Origin: Endozoicomonas sp. | GTDB lineage: Bacteria; Pseudomonadota; Gammaproteobacteria; Pseudomonadales; Endozoicomonadaceae | DNA: 52,823 nt | Direction of reading: 5' to 3' | Assembly: GCA_027942505.1 (NCBI GenBank) | Contig: JAQFVO010001030.1 | Span: 1 to 52,823, forward strand | Part shown: one piece after another, positions 45,341-52,823 of the stretch | Numbering within the stretch: the first letter of the stretch is position 1 | How the letters are laid out: every line of letters starts with the position of its first letter | The notes under the pieces: model-generated | The model's database searches: none | What the model was told of the DNA's origin: nothing | What the model saw: only the letters and a program-made list of their open reading frames with translations | Made by a program: the position numbers and the translations under genes

Positions 45341-47070
45341 TGAGAGTCCATCAGGTAGATCAAGGCACCCAAGAATGGCTCAACCTGCGAGCCAGCAATT
45401 TCACCGCCAGTGAAGCGTCCGCCATGATGGGCGCCAGCAAGTACCAGTCCCGCCAACAACTGCTGGCAGAAAAAGCCACCGGCATTCGTGAGGAAATCAC
45501 ACCGCGCCAGCAAGCCATTTTTGACAGGGGCCATGCAGCTGAAGCCGGGGCGCGACCGATCATTGAAAAGCTGATCGGTGAAGAACTGTACCCGGTGGTT
45601 GGCACTGAGGGAGATTTACTGGCCAGCTTCGACGGGCTCACCATCGACGACGCCATTGTCTTTGAGCACAAGCTGTGGAATGAAAAGCTGGTATCAGAAA
45701 TCAACGCCGACACACTGGAAGGTTCAGGGCTTTCAGCTCACTACTACTGGCAACTGGAGCAACAGCTATACGTCAGCGGTGCAGACAAAGCGATATTTGT
45801 TTGTTCCGACGGCACCGAAAACAATCTGACGTTTTGCTGGTACTACTCTTGTCAGGAGCGCATTCAAGCCCTGTTAGCAGGCTGGGAGCAATTCAGAAAA
45901 GACCTGGCTGAGTTCAAACCGGTAGAAACCAAGCCAGAAGCAAAAGGCGTAGCCCTTTTAGAGTTACCTGCCCTTGTCGTACAGATTGCCGGTGAAGTCA
46001 CAACGTCGAACCTGCCAGCCTTCCGCAATGAAGCCCTGGCACAGATTGAAGCGATTAACACCAACCTGCAAACCGATCAGGATTTTGCCAATGCAGAAGC
46101 CACCGTCAAGCATTTCACCAAGGCTGAGAAAGAACTCGAAGCCGCCAAGAGGCAGGCAATGGCACAGACAGCGGATATTGATGCTCTGTTTCGCACCATT
46201 GACCAGCTGAAAGACACCATGCGCTCCAAGCGTCTTGAACTGGATAAGCTGGTTAAGGCCCGCAAGACCGCTATCAAGCAAGAGGTTATTGTCGAAGCTC
46301 AGGCCAGTTTTAACGACCATGTAGCACAAATCAACCTGCGTCTGCCTGTCAGCGTGCCACCAGTGAATGCCGATTTTGCCGGCGCCATCAAAGGCAAAAA
46401 GACCGTTAAGAGTATTCGTGAGGCGGTGGCTGATACCCTGGCATCGGCAAAAATCGAAGTCACTAACTACCGGAAGATCATCGAAGAAAATCACGACTTA
46501 CTGACCACAACCATTAATGGTCGCCCCTATGACTTTCTGTTTCGTGACTTGTCAGAAATTCTGGTAATGCCTTCTGGCCACCTAGCTCTTTTGATTAAAG
46601 ACCGTATCAGCGAGCACGAAAAAGCCGAAGCTGCCCGACTGGAAGCAGAGCGGGAAAGGATTCGTCAGGAAGAAGAGCGCAAGGCCCGGGAAGAAGCTGC
46701 ACGACTGGCAGAACTTGAACGACAGCGGATTGCTGAAGAAGAACGACAAAAGCTGGAAGCAGAACAGGCAGCTGAAGAAAAGCGCATTCAGGAAGAAAAG
46801 AAAGCTACATTTCTTGAAGCCTGCAAAAACGCCAAAGTGGTTTCTGAAGATGAACTGGTTGAGGAAGAACAGCTGGAAATGGTTATCCCGAAACCTGAGC
46901 CGGTTCACTCTGCACCAGAAGCAACCGTCACCATTCCGGTTTCTGAGTATGAAGCCCTGAAGCGAGCTGCATTCAAGCTGCAATGCCTGGAGGATGCAGG
47001 CGTTGATAACTGGTCCGCTGGTTATGACTTCGCTATGGAAGCGTTTCATAACGAATATCCGATTCACTGA
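45340..47070 (+). CDS. YqaJ-like exonuclease with coiled-coil extension
   Basis: QGT.EW...R....TASEA..MMG.S.Y...GH..E...ASFDG...FEHK...WQ.EQQL. Confidence 0.9.
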   Translation: MRVHQVDQGTQEWLNLRASNFTASEASAMMGASKYQSRQQLLAEKATGIREEITPRQQAIFDRGHAAEAGARPIIEKLIGEELYPVVGTEGDLLASFDGLTIDDAIVFEHKLWNEKLVSEINADTLEGSGLSAHYYWQLEQQLYVSGADKAIFVCSDGTENNLTFCWYYSCQERIQALLAGWEQFRKDLAEFKPVETKPEAKGVALLELPALVVQIAGEVTTSNLPAFRNEALAQIEAINTNLQTDQDFANAEATVKHFTKAEKELEAAKRQAMAQTADIDALFRTIDQLKDTMRSKRLELDKLVKARKTAIKQEVIVEAQASFNDHVAQINLRLPVSVPPVNADFAGAIKGKKTVKSIREAVADTLASAKIEVTNYRKIIEENHDLLTTTINGRPYDFLFRDLSEILVMPSGHLALLIKDRISEHEKAEAARLEAERERIRQEEERKAREEAARLAELERQRIAEEERQKLEAEQAAEEKRIQEEKKATFLEACKNAKVVSEDELVEEEQLEMVIPKPEPVHSAPEATVTIPVSEYEALKRAAFKLQCLEDAGVDNWSAGYDFAMEAFHNEYPIH

Positions 47071-47150
47071 TTAACACTCCGCACTGGAGCCGCACCTGAG
47101 CATGTGTTGAAAAGGCTCACCAATCAAAACCAGAAACAAACGATTAAAGA

Positions 47151-48056
47151 GTGAAACAAATTATGTGGTTTAAAAATCTGGCCGTGTACCAATTCAGCAA
47201 GCCCTTTGAACTGGACAGCATGGCGCTTGAGGAAAAACTGAAAGACCAGTTGTTCCGTGAATGCGGTTCTCAGGATCACTGCACCTATGGCTTTGTGCCT
47301 GCCCTGGGTGCCAAAACCGAAGCCCTGGTTCATTCCGCTAACGGCTGCCTGCTGATCTGCACCCGCAAAGAGGAAAAGATTCTGCCGGCATCAGTTATTC
47401 GCGATGCCCTGGAGGAAAGGGTAGAAAAGATCGAGCTGGAACAGGGCCGGCAAGTATACAGCAAAGAGAAAAAGGCATTAAAAGACGATGTGATTATGGA
47501 GCTGCTACCGAAGGCCTTCACTCGTAACCACTTTACTCAGGCCTACATTGACCCGATTGGCGGCTGGCTGGTTGTTAATGCTTCATCCTTTACACAGGCA
47601 GAAGAACTCACCAGCCACTTGCGGCAAGCACTGGGCAGTCTGCCGGTAACACCGCCACACGTTGCCGAACTTCCCAGCTACAAGATGACGCAGTGGTTGA
47701 GGGATACCGGAATGCCTTCAGGCTTTATTGCCGGCAATGAGTGTGAACTCAGAGAGCCTGGCGACGAGGGTGCAGAAATAAAAGGTCGTCGTGTGGATCT
47801 GTCCAGTGATTCCATAGAACAGCTCTTTGCTGAAGGCATGGTTGTCAAATCGCTGGCAATGACCTGGATCGATTCACTGACATTCACCTTCCACGAAAAC
47901 CTGCAAATCAAAAAAGTGAAATTCACTGACTTGATTCAGGAAAAGCTCGATAGCGTTGAGGCGGATACGTTGCCCGAGAGAATGGATGCTGATTTTTCGT
48001 TAATGGTTCTGACCTTTCGCGAGCTTCTTGGGCAGTTGTTTGGGCAGTTTCAATAA
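47151..48056 (+). CDS. rdgC: Recombination-associated protein RdgC
   Basis: MWFKNL.VY...KILPASVI...LLPKAF...LR.ALGSLP...DADF.LM. Confidence 0.95.
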   Translation: MKQIMWFKNLAVYQFSKPFELDSMALEEKLKDQLFRECGSQDHCTYGFVPALGAKTEALVHSANGCLLICTRKEEKILPASVIRDALEERVEKIELEQGRQVYSKEKKALKDDVIMELLPKAFTRNHFTQAYIDPIGGWLVVNASSFTQAEELTSHLRQALGSLPVTPPHVAELPSYKMTQWLRDTGMPSGFIAGNECELREPGDEGAEIKGRRVDLSSDSIEQLFAEGMVVKSLAMTWIDSLTFTFHENLQIKKVKFTDLIQEKLDSVEADTLPERMDADFSLMVLTFRELLGQLFGQFQ

Positions 48057-48100
48057 CCCCAAGGTTGACCGGCGCAGTCCGCTGGATGCTGTTGTTATGC
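48051..48100 (+). repeat. attC-like site 1 (50 bp)
   Basis: CAATAAC (containing the rdgC stop)...GTTATGC; right 31 bp match site 2 with 3 mismatches. Confidence 0.55.
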
Positions 48101-48123
48101 ACATACTGGTAAAGGGTTTGAAA

Positions 48124-48369
48124 ATGAAAATAGATCAAGACTTAGGTCGGAAATTAAACACAAACTCTCATGGTGTTTATACCGAGCCTTTTAAGTGGTA
48201 CTGGATCAAACATACCGACAGCGAAAGAGGAAATACACCAACCTTAGCCACTCGCTTACGCAATGGCTGGGAATACTTTGATAGGAAATTTGCTACTTAT
48301 AACCAATTCGTTACTGAAGCGAAACCAGCAACAGGCAAAGACTTGGTAAATGCTGGTTTAAGCGCATAA
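48124..48369 (+). CDS. Cassette-like hypothetical protein (81 aa)
   Basis: AT-rich ORF whose TAA lies in GCATAAC of site 2. Confidence 0.65.
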   Translation: MKIDQDLGRKLNTNSHGVYTEPFKWYWIKHTDSERGNTPTLATRLRNGWEYFDRKFATYNQFVTEAKPATGKDLVNAGLSA

Positions 48370-48413
48370 CCGTTTTCATCAGCGGCGAAGTCCGCTGGAT
48401 GTGGTTGTTATGC
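48364..48413 (+). repeat. attC-like site 2 (50 bp)
   Basis: GCATAAC/GTTATGC perfect R boxes; CATCAGCGG pairs with CCGCT(G)GATG leaving one extrahelical base. Confidence 0.7.
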
Positions 48414-48433
48414 TGCGTTTTGAAGGGGGCATC

Positions 48434-48751
48434 ATGTTAGAAAGAAAAGTATGTAAGATCGGTAAAGAATGGTATGGGGGGGGAATTGTTCAAGGTGTTT
48501 TCGATATAGACAACGGTAAGGCATTGCTGATTGTTGATGAGGCAAGTGAGTTTCATTGGGAAGTAGCTGAGATAATCAATAAAACGGGTGAACAGGTAAG
48601 GGCCGACCTTACTAAGTTGCCTAAAGAGTGCCTGGAACGCCAAGACCAACTCTGTCTGGTATCAAAGGAAACCGGCGTTATTATGGCTGCAATAGCTGAT
48701 GTTGAATTTGCAGACAAAGTGATGACGCTATTCTCTGATTCAGCAACATAA
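48434..48751 (+). CDS. Cassette-like hypothetical protein (105 aa)
   Basis: AGGGGG RBS; stop lies within ACATAAC (48746-48752). Confidence 0.65.
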   Translation: MLERKVCKIGKEWYGGGIVQGVFDIDNGKALLIVDEASEFHWEVAEIINKTGEQVRADLTKLPKECLERQDQLCLVSKETGVIMAAIADVEFADKVMTLFSDSAT

Positions 48752-48824
48752 CACTCTGCTTATACGAACTCGGTACACATAAGCGACATAACCATAGTAC
48801 AAACTGGAAGACAGGAGAAACAAC

Positions 48825-49370
48825 ATGGCATCCAGAGGCGTAAATACTTGCAAGAGTTCAGGCCCGCCTTGTGAGTATGACTTGTATAAAAAAGGAATGA
48901 GCATTCCTGAAGTTAATAAATTAACCGGAATTCCTTTGTCAACCTTGCGTAATCGCTTTAAGAAAGAAGGGATATTAAGAAGTCGCCATGAAGGGATTCT
49001 TATAGCAAAAGATAAAGGGTTGCTAGGGTCTGGTTTAAGAGGCAAGACAAGAGTTTTTTCCTCGGAATGGAGAAGAAATATATCCAAGGGTAAAACTGGA
49101 ACCGGAAAAGGTTATCGGGTTGCCAGTAACGGTTACATTGAATTTACTGCTGGCCCTCATAAGAATCGTTCTATGCATGTTGTTTTGATGGAATTATTTA
49201 TTGGGAGGCCATTGCTTCCATGGGAGTGCGTCCACCACATCGACCATAACAAGCTTAATAACTCGATATCTAACTTAATGCTTATGACGCGGGTGGAACA
49301 TTCTCGCCTGCACGCTAAATCACGATTTCAACCTAGAGATAATAAAGGAAGATTTATTAATGGCAATTAA
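48825..49370 (+). CDS. HNH homing endonuclease
   Basis: H..LME..IGR.L...E.VHHID.NK.NN...NL.L....EH..LH. Confidence 0.9.
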   Translation: MASRGVNTCKSSGPPCEYDLYKKGMSIPEVNKLTGIPLSTLRNRFKKEGILRSRHEGILIAKDKGLLGSGLRGKTRVFSSEWRRNISKGKTGTGKGYRVASNGYIEFTAGPHKNRSMHVVLMELFIGRPLLPWECVHHIDHNKLNNSISNLMLMTRVEHSRLHAKSRFQPRDNKGRFINGN

Positions 49371-49857
49371 CGTAATCACTGTGTCAGGGCGTATTGGTAG
49401 CGACTGCGATCTTCGCTACACACCCAACAACAAAGCTATCGCAAGCTTTTCTATCCCTGCCGTAACTGGTTGGGGTGATAACAAAAAGACTTCCTGGCTT
49501 TCCTGCAAGCTGTTTGGTGAGCGTGCTGAAAAGCTGGCCCAGTATCTCACCAAAGGTACGCCGGTCACGATTACTGGTTCTTTCCAGCTGGATGAGTGGG
49601 ACGACAACGGCATTAAGAAAAGCCGCCCTGTCATTCTGGTTAATGATGTGGCGCTACAAGGTGATCGTAGTGGAGCGCAAAACACAAACCATGCTCCACA
49701 ACAGCAAGGCCAGGACTTTACTGCATCCATGCAGCAAAGACCGGCCAATCATCCGGCACAGCAAGCGCCCAACCAGTATCAGCAGGCCCGGAATAATCCG
49801 CCACAACAGCAACCTTATCAGGGAGGCGATCAATTCGACGATTCGATCCCGTTTTAA
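49360..49857 (+). CDS. ssb: Single-stranded DNA-binding protein
   Basis: N.I.V.GR.G.D..LRYT...YL.KG; Gln-rich linker; FDDSIPF tail. Confidence 0.95.
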   Translation: MAINVITVSGRIGSDCDLRYTPNNKAIASFSIPAVTGWGDNKKTSWLSCKLFGERAEKLAQYLTKGTPVTITGSFQLDEWDDNGIKKSRPVILVNDVALQGDRSGAQNTNHAPQQQGQDFTASMQQRPANHPAQQAPNQYQQARNNPPQQQPYQGGDQFDDSIPF

Positions 49858-49937
49858 GAATGATTACCTGCACCGATGGCGGTCACTGCGGATTAGGTGG
49901 TTACTGTAGTGCCTGCCCCTTAATGCAAGGGGGCGAT

Positions 49938-50339
49938 ATGCCTGAATTAAAACCGTGTCCGTTTTGTGGTTCAAAGGCTCAGATGATTGGGCAATCGCTT
50001 CAAGATCCATTGGGAAGGTCCAGAGTTGACTGCTCTGTTTGCAGAGGGGGATTTGATTTTCTTGACGATAAAAAAACGCTGACAAGATTGTGGAACTCTC
50101 GCCCGTCGCCCTGGGAGAGTGTCGAGGACCGGTTACCAGAAGAAGGCCAGAGGGTTCTTGTGTCCTGGAGATATGCAGGACACCAACGCACTATGGTGGC
50201 GTGGGTAGAATACGAGGAAGCTGGCGACGAACGTCTGATTGGGCAGCCATTGTGGTATGACCTTGATATTCTCGGTGAGCCCTTGCCAGCGCCACCTCAT
50301 TACTGGATGCCAATACCAGGACTGCCAGATGAGAAGTAA
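49938..50339 (+). CDS. Lar-like zinc finger fused to a DUF551-like domain
   Basis: ELKPCPFCG...C..C...WN.R followed by W.SV.DRLPE...HYWMPIP. Confidence 0.8.
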   Translation: MPELKPCPFCGSKAQMIGQSLQDPLGRSRVDCSVCRGGFDFLDDKKTLTRLWNSRPSPWESVEDRLPEEGQRVLVSWRYAGHQRTMVAWVEYEEAGDERLIGQPLWYDLDILGEPLPAPPHYWMPIPGLPDEK

Positions 50340-50440
50340 AGCTTTGCTCGACCTTCTTTAATTGAACATCCCGGAAGATTATCCGGTATCTGGTTAAACA
50401 ATTCATTTTTTAAATCCGGCGTTCAGCCGGAGGGGGTTTT

Positions 50441-51217
50441 ATGCGCCAGTTGATTTTGAAAGAGAATCAACCATTCATCGAAACATTGGAACAAGCCGAA
50501 CTCGTTATTCGTCGTGCAGGTATTGTTGAAAAAGAAATGGTTGATGGAGTTCAACTATTGGAAGTTTGTGGGTTCAGTCTCAGCAATGCAAAAGCAAGAA
50601 TCAACGAACAAATTGAAAAGCACCAACTCAATGAAGGGACTGACTTTTTACGGTCGTTCGTAAAAACCGCTGGACGACCATTGACGCTATACCACTTCAG
50701 CATCAACGCCGCCAACCATATCCTGCTTGCCGCCATGACACCTGAAGGCAAGCAGGCCAGACAGGAAGCTATCGACCTGAAAACCGATCAGGACAGGGTA
50801 GCGAATCTGGTCAATAACGGCATCGCCTTTGTCTCTCAGGATATGAAATCCCTGGCTGAAGTCTTTGGTCTGAAAGGCAATCAGGCATTGCTTGCTGCAT
50901 CCCGCGCTACCCAGAAACTAACCGGACACAACCCGATCGCCCTGTTAGGTGTTGAACTCCAGGCAGAGCGCAAAGAGAAAACATTCACCGTCACTGAGTT
51001 GGGCAAAGCCTGCTTGGACGGGTTATCCGGTCGCAAGGTGAATACCCTGCTTTGTGAGGCTGGCTTGCAGGTTCGCATAGATAAACAGTGGGAACTGACT
51101 GAAGCAGGCAAGACCTACGCGGAACTCCTGGACACTGGCAAGAGTCATAGTAATGGTACACCCGTCAAACAAATCAAGTGGTACGCATCGGTAGCCGATT
51201 GCGTGCAGGTGGCGTAA
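50441..51217 (+). CDS. Phage antirepressor-like protein (AntA-like + KilA-C-like)
   Basis: EG.DF...GRP...Y......A...G..AR; T.TELG...S....N.LL...G.Q...W.LT..G. Confidence 0.75.
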   Translation: MRQLILKENQPFIETLEQAELVIRRAGIVEKEMVDGVQLLEVCGFSLSNAKARINEQIEKHQLNEGTDFLRSFVKTAGRPLTLYHFSINAANHILLAAMTPEGKQARQEAIDLKTDQDRVANLVNNGIAFVSQDMKSLAEVFGLKGNQALLAASRATQKLTGHNPIALLGVELQAERKEKTFTVTELGKACLDGLSGRKVNTLLCEAGLQVRIDKQWELTEAGKTYAELLDTGKSHSNGTPVKQIKWYASVADCVQVA

Positions 51218-51231
51218 CAGGGAGGTTATCA

Positions 51232-51444
51232 ATGGAGACTAGCAAATCCTCAGAACAGTTGATCACTGAAGACCAGTTAAAAGCATGGTCCGGCTACAGT
51301 CAGACCGGCAAGCTGCTTGATTTTCTTCGTGCCAACGGAATCTTGTATTTCCGAGGCCGGGGCGGCTCGGTAATGACCACCATACAGGCGGTAAATGCAC
51401 CCCTGCTTGGCGGTGGTGATAACAACGTGCAGACATGGGAATAA
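51232..51444 (+). CDS. Putative excisionase (DUF4224-like)
   Basis: LIT..QL...SGY.......FL..NGI.Y; GGAGG RBS; directly upstream of the integrase. Confidence 0.7.
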   Translation: METSKSSEQLITEDQLKAWSGYSQTGKLLDFLRANGILYFRGRGGSVMTTIQAVNAPLLGGGDNNVQTWE

Positions 51445-52469
51445 AGAGAAGTATGGCAGGCAGTAAAAGGAAATACCCAACGGACGTTTATATTTATAGA
51501 GGCCGGTTGGTTTACTGGCCCTATCTTGGGATTTTTGATGGTAAGCGCAAGCGCGGCAAGCGCATTATTCTCGGCGCTCCAGATATGCCGGAGAGTAAAA
51601 TTCACCAGCTGCTTGATCAGGTTAAAGAGACAAAGCGGCGCACCGTAGAGTGGCTGCTGTCCGCTTACCTTGAAAGTGAAAAATTTCTGAAGCTAAGTAA
51701 ATCAACCAAGCACAACCGCAAAGAAGTTTACTATCCAAAGATCATAGATCGTCGAGGGCCAAAAAACGGGACTCGATTCGGTGACATACTTCTCGCTCAT
51801 GTTACTCCGTCAATGCTGGTTCGCGTGCTTGAGTCATTTGAAGGGAATCCAACCCGAAATCAAATCAAGACATTTATCAGTGCAGCCTGGACCTGGGGAG
51901 TCTTAAAGTATGAAGACATTCCGCGCCAGAATCCGGCGAAAGAGGTGCCTGGCTTCGAAGAAAAATCTCGCACATTTTACATTACCGATGAGCTATACCG
52001 AAAAGTCAGGCGCACCATGAAACCACTGTACAGAGCGGCAATGGAGGTGGCCTATCAATGCCGGGCCAGGGAGATTGAGATATTTGCTTTAACCTATGAC
52101 GACCTGCTCAAAGAAGGTGTTTACCTGAAACGCACCAAAGGCAGCATTCCGGAAATTACACTCTGGAACAGAAGGCTAAGAACAGCGGTTAACATGGCTA
52201 AATCCATCTGCACCAACAAGCAGAGCAAGTATCTTTTTCATGAGCCTGACGGGAGCCCGATTGTACCTCAGTATTTTTCCAGGCGATTTAAAGACTGTAT
52301 GCGAAGACGACTGGCAGCAGGGAAAATTACAGCGGAGGAACGGTTCACTTTTCACGATATGAAAGCCAAAGGTGTATCCGATCATGAAGGCCAATATTCG
52401 GGCCACAGGACCGAAACAGGCAGGAAGATTTACATCCGAAAGGCACCCAAAATAAAAGGATCAAGATAG
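51435..52469 (+). CDS. int: Tyrosine integrase
   Basis: AY.C.AR..EI (R), K..KG (K), [10 protein letters not shown] (HxxK), SGH, IY (Y); adjacent to att. Confidence 0.92.
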   Translation: MGIKRSMAGSKRKYPTDVYIYRGRLVYWPYLGIFDGKRKRGKRIILGAPDMPESKIHQLLDQVKETKRRTVEWLLSAYLESEKFLKLSKSTKHNRKEVYYPKIIDRRGPKNGTRFGDILLAHVTPSMLVRVLESFEGNPTRNQIKTFISAAWTWGVLKYEDIPRQNPAKEVPGFEEKSRTFYITDELYRKVRRTMKPLYRAAMEVAYQCRAREIEIFALTYDDLLKEGVYLKRTKGSIPEITLWNRRLRTAVNMAKSICTNKQSKYLFHEPDGSPIVPQYFSRRFKDCMRRRLAAGKITAEERFTFHDMKAKGVSDHEGQYSGHRTETGRKIYIRKAPKIKGSR

Positions 52470-52497
52470 ACTACAGCTGTTGCTTGAAAAGTGCTTG

Positions 52498-52571
52498 GTG
52501 TTCTCATCCGTGTTCTCAAACCAGCCTCATATAAATAAAACCTTATATTTAATGCTCGCAACCCTTTGATT
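52498..52571. promoter_or_regulatory. Integrase arm-type repeats and IHF-like site
   Basis: GTGTTCTCA x2 (52498, 52510), related GTGTACTCA at 455; IHF-consensus matches at 52559-52571 and 421-433. Confidence 0.55.
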
Positions 52572-52574
52572 TCA

Positions 52575-52625
52575 CTGGTCGGCGTGAGAGGATTCGAACC
52601 TCCGACCCTTTCGTCCCGAACGAAA
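52575..52625 (-). repeat. Right att core within the intact tRNA-Pro
   Basis: 51-bp identity with 312-362. Confidence 0.97.
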
Positions 52626-52652
52626 TGCGCTACCAGGCTGCGCTACACGCCG
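52576..52652 (-). tRNA. tRNA-Pro(CGG)
   Basis: Reverse complement is CGGCGTGTAGCGCAGCCTGGTAGCGC...TTTCG-TT-CGG-GA-CGAAA...GGTTCGAATCC...CGCCGACCA, a 77-nt cloverleaf ending in CCA. Confidence 0.97.
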
Positions 52653-52764
52653 AATCCATTGCTATTCTAGACACGCAGACAACAGTGTCAACAAGCCATA
52701 AGAACTGCAAAGAAAAAACAACTCGAATGCTGCCCGCACCGGCAATAACAATGGCAGGAAAATA

Positions 52765-52823
52765 TGGTCGGGGTAGAGAGATTCGAACTCCCGACATCCT
52801 GCTCCCAAAGCAGGCGCGCTACC
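52765..52823 (-). tRNA. tRNA-Pro(TGG), 5' end outside the window
   Basis: Anticodon arm CCTGC-TT-TGG-GA-GCAGG, T-loop GTTCGAATC, CCA end. Confidence 0.92.

Larger units (their letters stand above)
312..52625. mobile_element. Temperate podovirus-like prophage (~52.3 kb) integrated at tRNA-Pro(CGG)
   Basis: 51-bp direct repeat at both ends, integrase next to the intact tRNA, and a full set of early, replication, lysis, packaging, head and tail genes; no tape-measure or tail-tube gene recognised. Confidence 0.95.

Noticed and set aside
52350..52370. Inactive integrase because of HxxK instead of HxxR
   Set aside because: FHD(L/M)KAK is a recurring variant in phage integrases and the other catalytic residues appear present
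312..52625. Genome-wide TAG recoding (genetic code 15)
   Set aside because: TAG is the apparent true stop of avd, the 213-aa adaptor, the DUF1064-like gene, cro and int; long structural genes have no internal TAG; no suppressor tRNA seen

Overview
Almost the whole window (312-52625) is one temperate podovirus-like prophage of a probable gammaproteobacterium. It is integrated in the 3' end of tRNA-Pro(CGG) and bounded by a 51-bp direct repeat. From right to left it carries int/xis, a lambdoid early region (antirepressor, Lar, SSB, HNH, RdgC, YqaJ, ERF), a repressor/Cro switch, O/P-like replication genes with iterons, a nin-like region, a Q-like antiterminator with its late promoter, lysis, terminase, portal, capsid and tail genes. 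It also has a complete diversity-generating retroelement (target with VR, avd, TR, RT; 16 of 16 TR/VR mismatches fall at TR adenines), three toxin-antitoxin pairs, a 3363-aa polyvalent ejection-type protein and a tnpB-only IS200/IS605 element. The less expected signals are: (i) a left-end control module with a LexA-boxed 57-aa gene missing from the ORF track, followed by a structured putative antisense RNA whose motif (YTAACA-N3-CGCACT) recurs at three candidate targets; (ii) two tandem LexA boxes directly upstream of the giant polyvalent gene; (iii) 50-bp integron attC-like sites delimiting small AT-rich cassette genes; (iv) a single-chain tandem CsrA-like protein; (v) single in-frame TAG codons interrupting terL and a wHTH-phosphoesterase gene. 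Family names come from motif recognition by eye, not from database searches.
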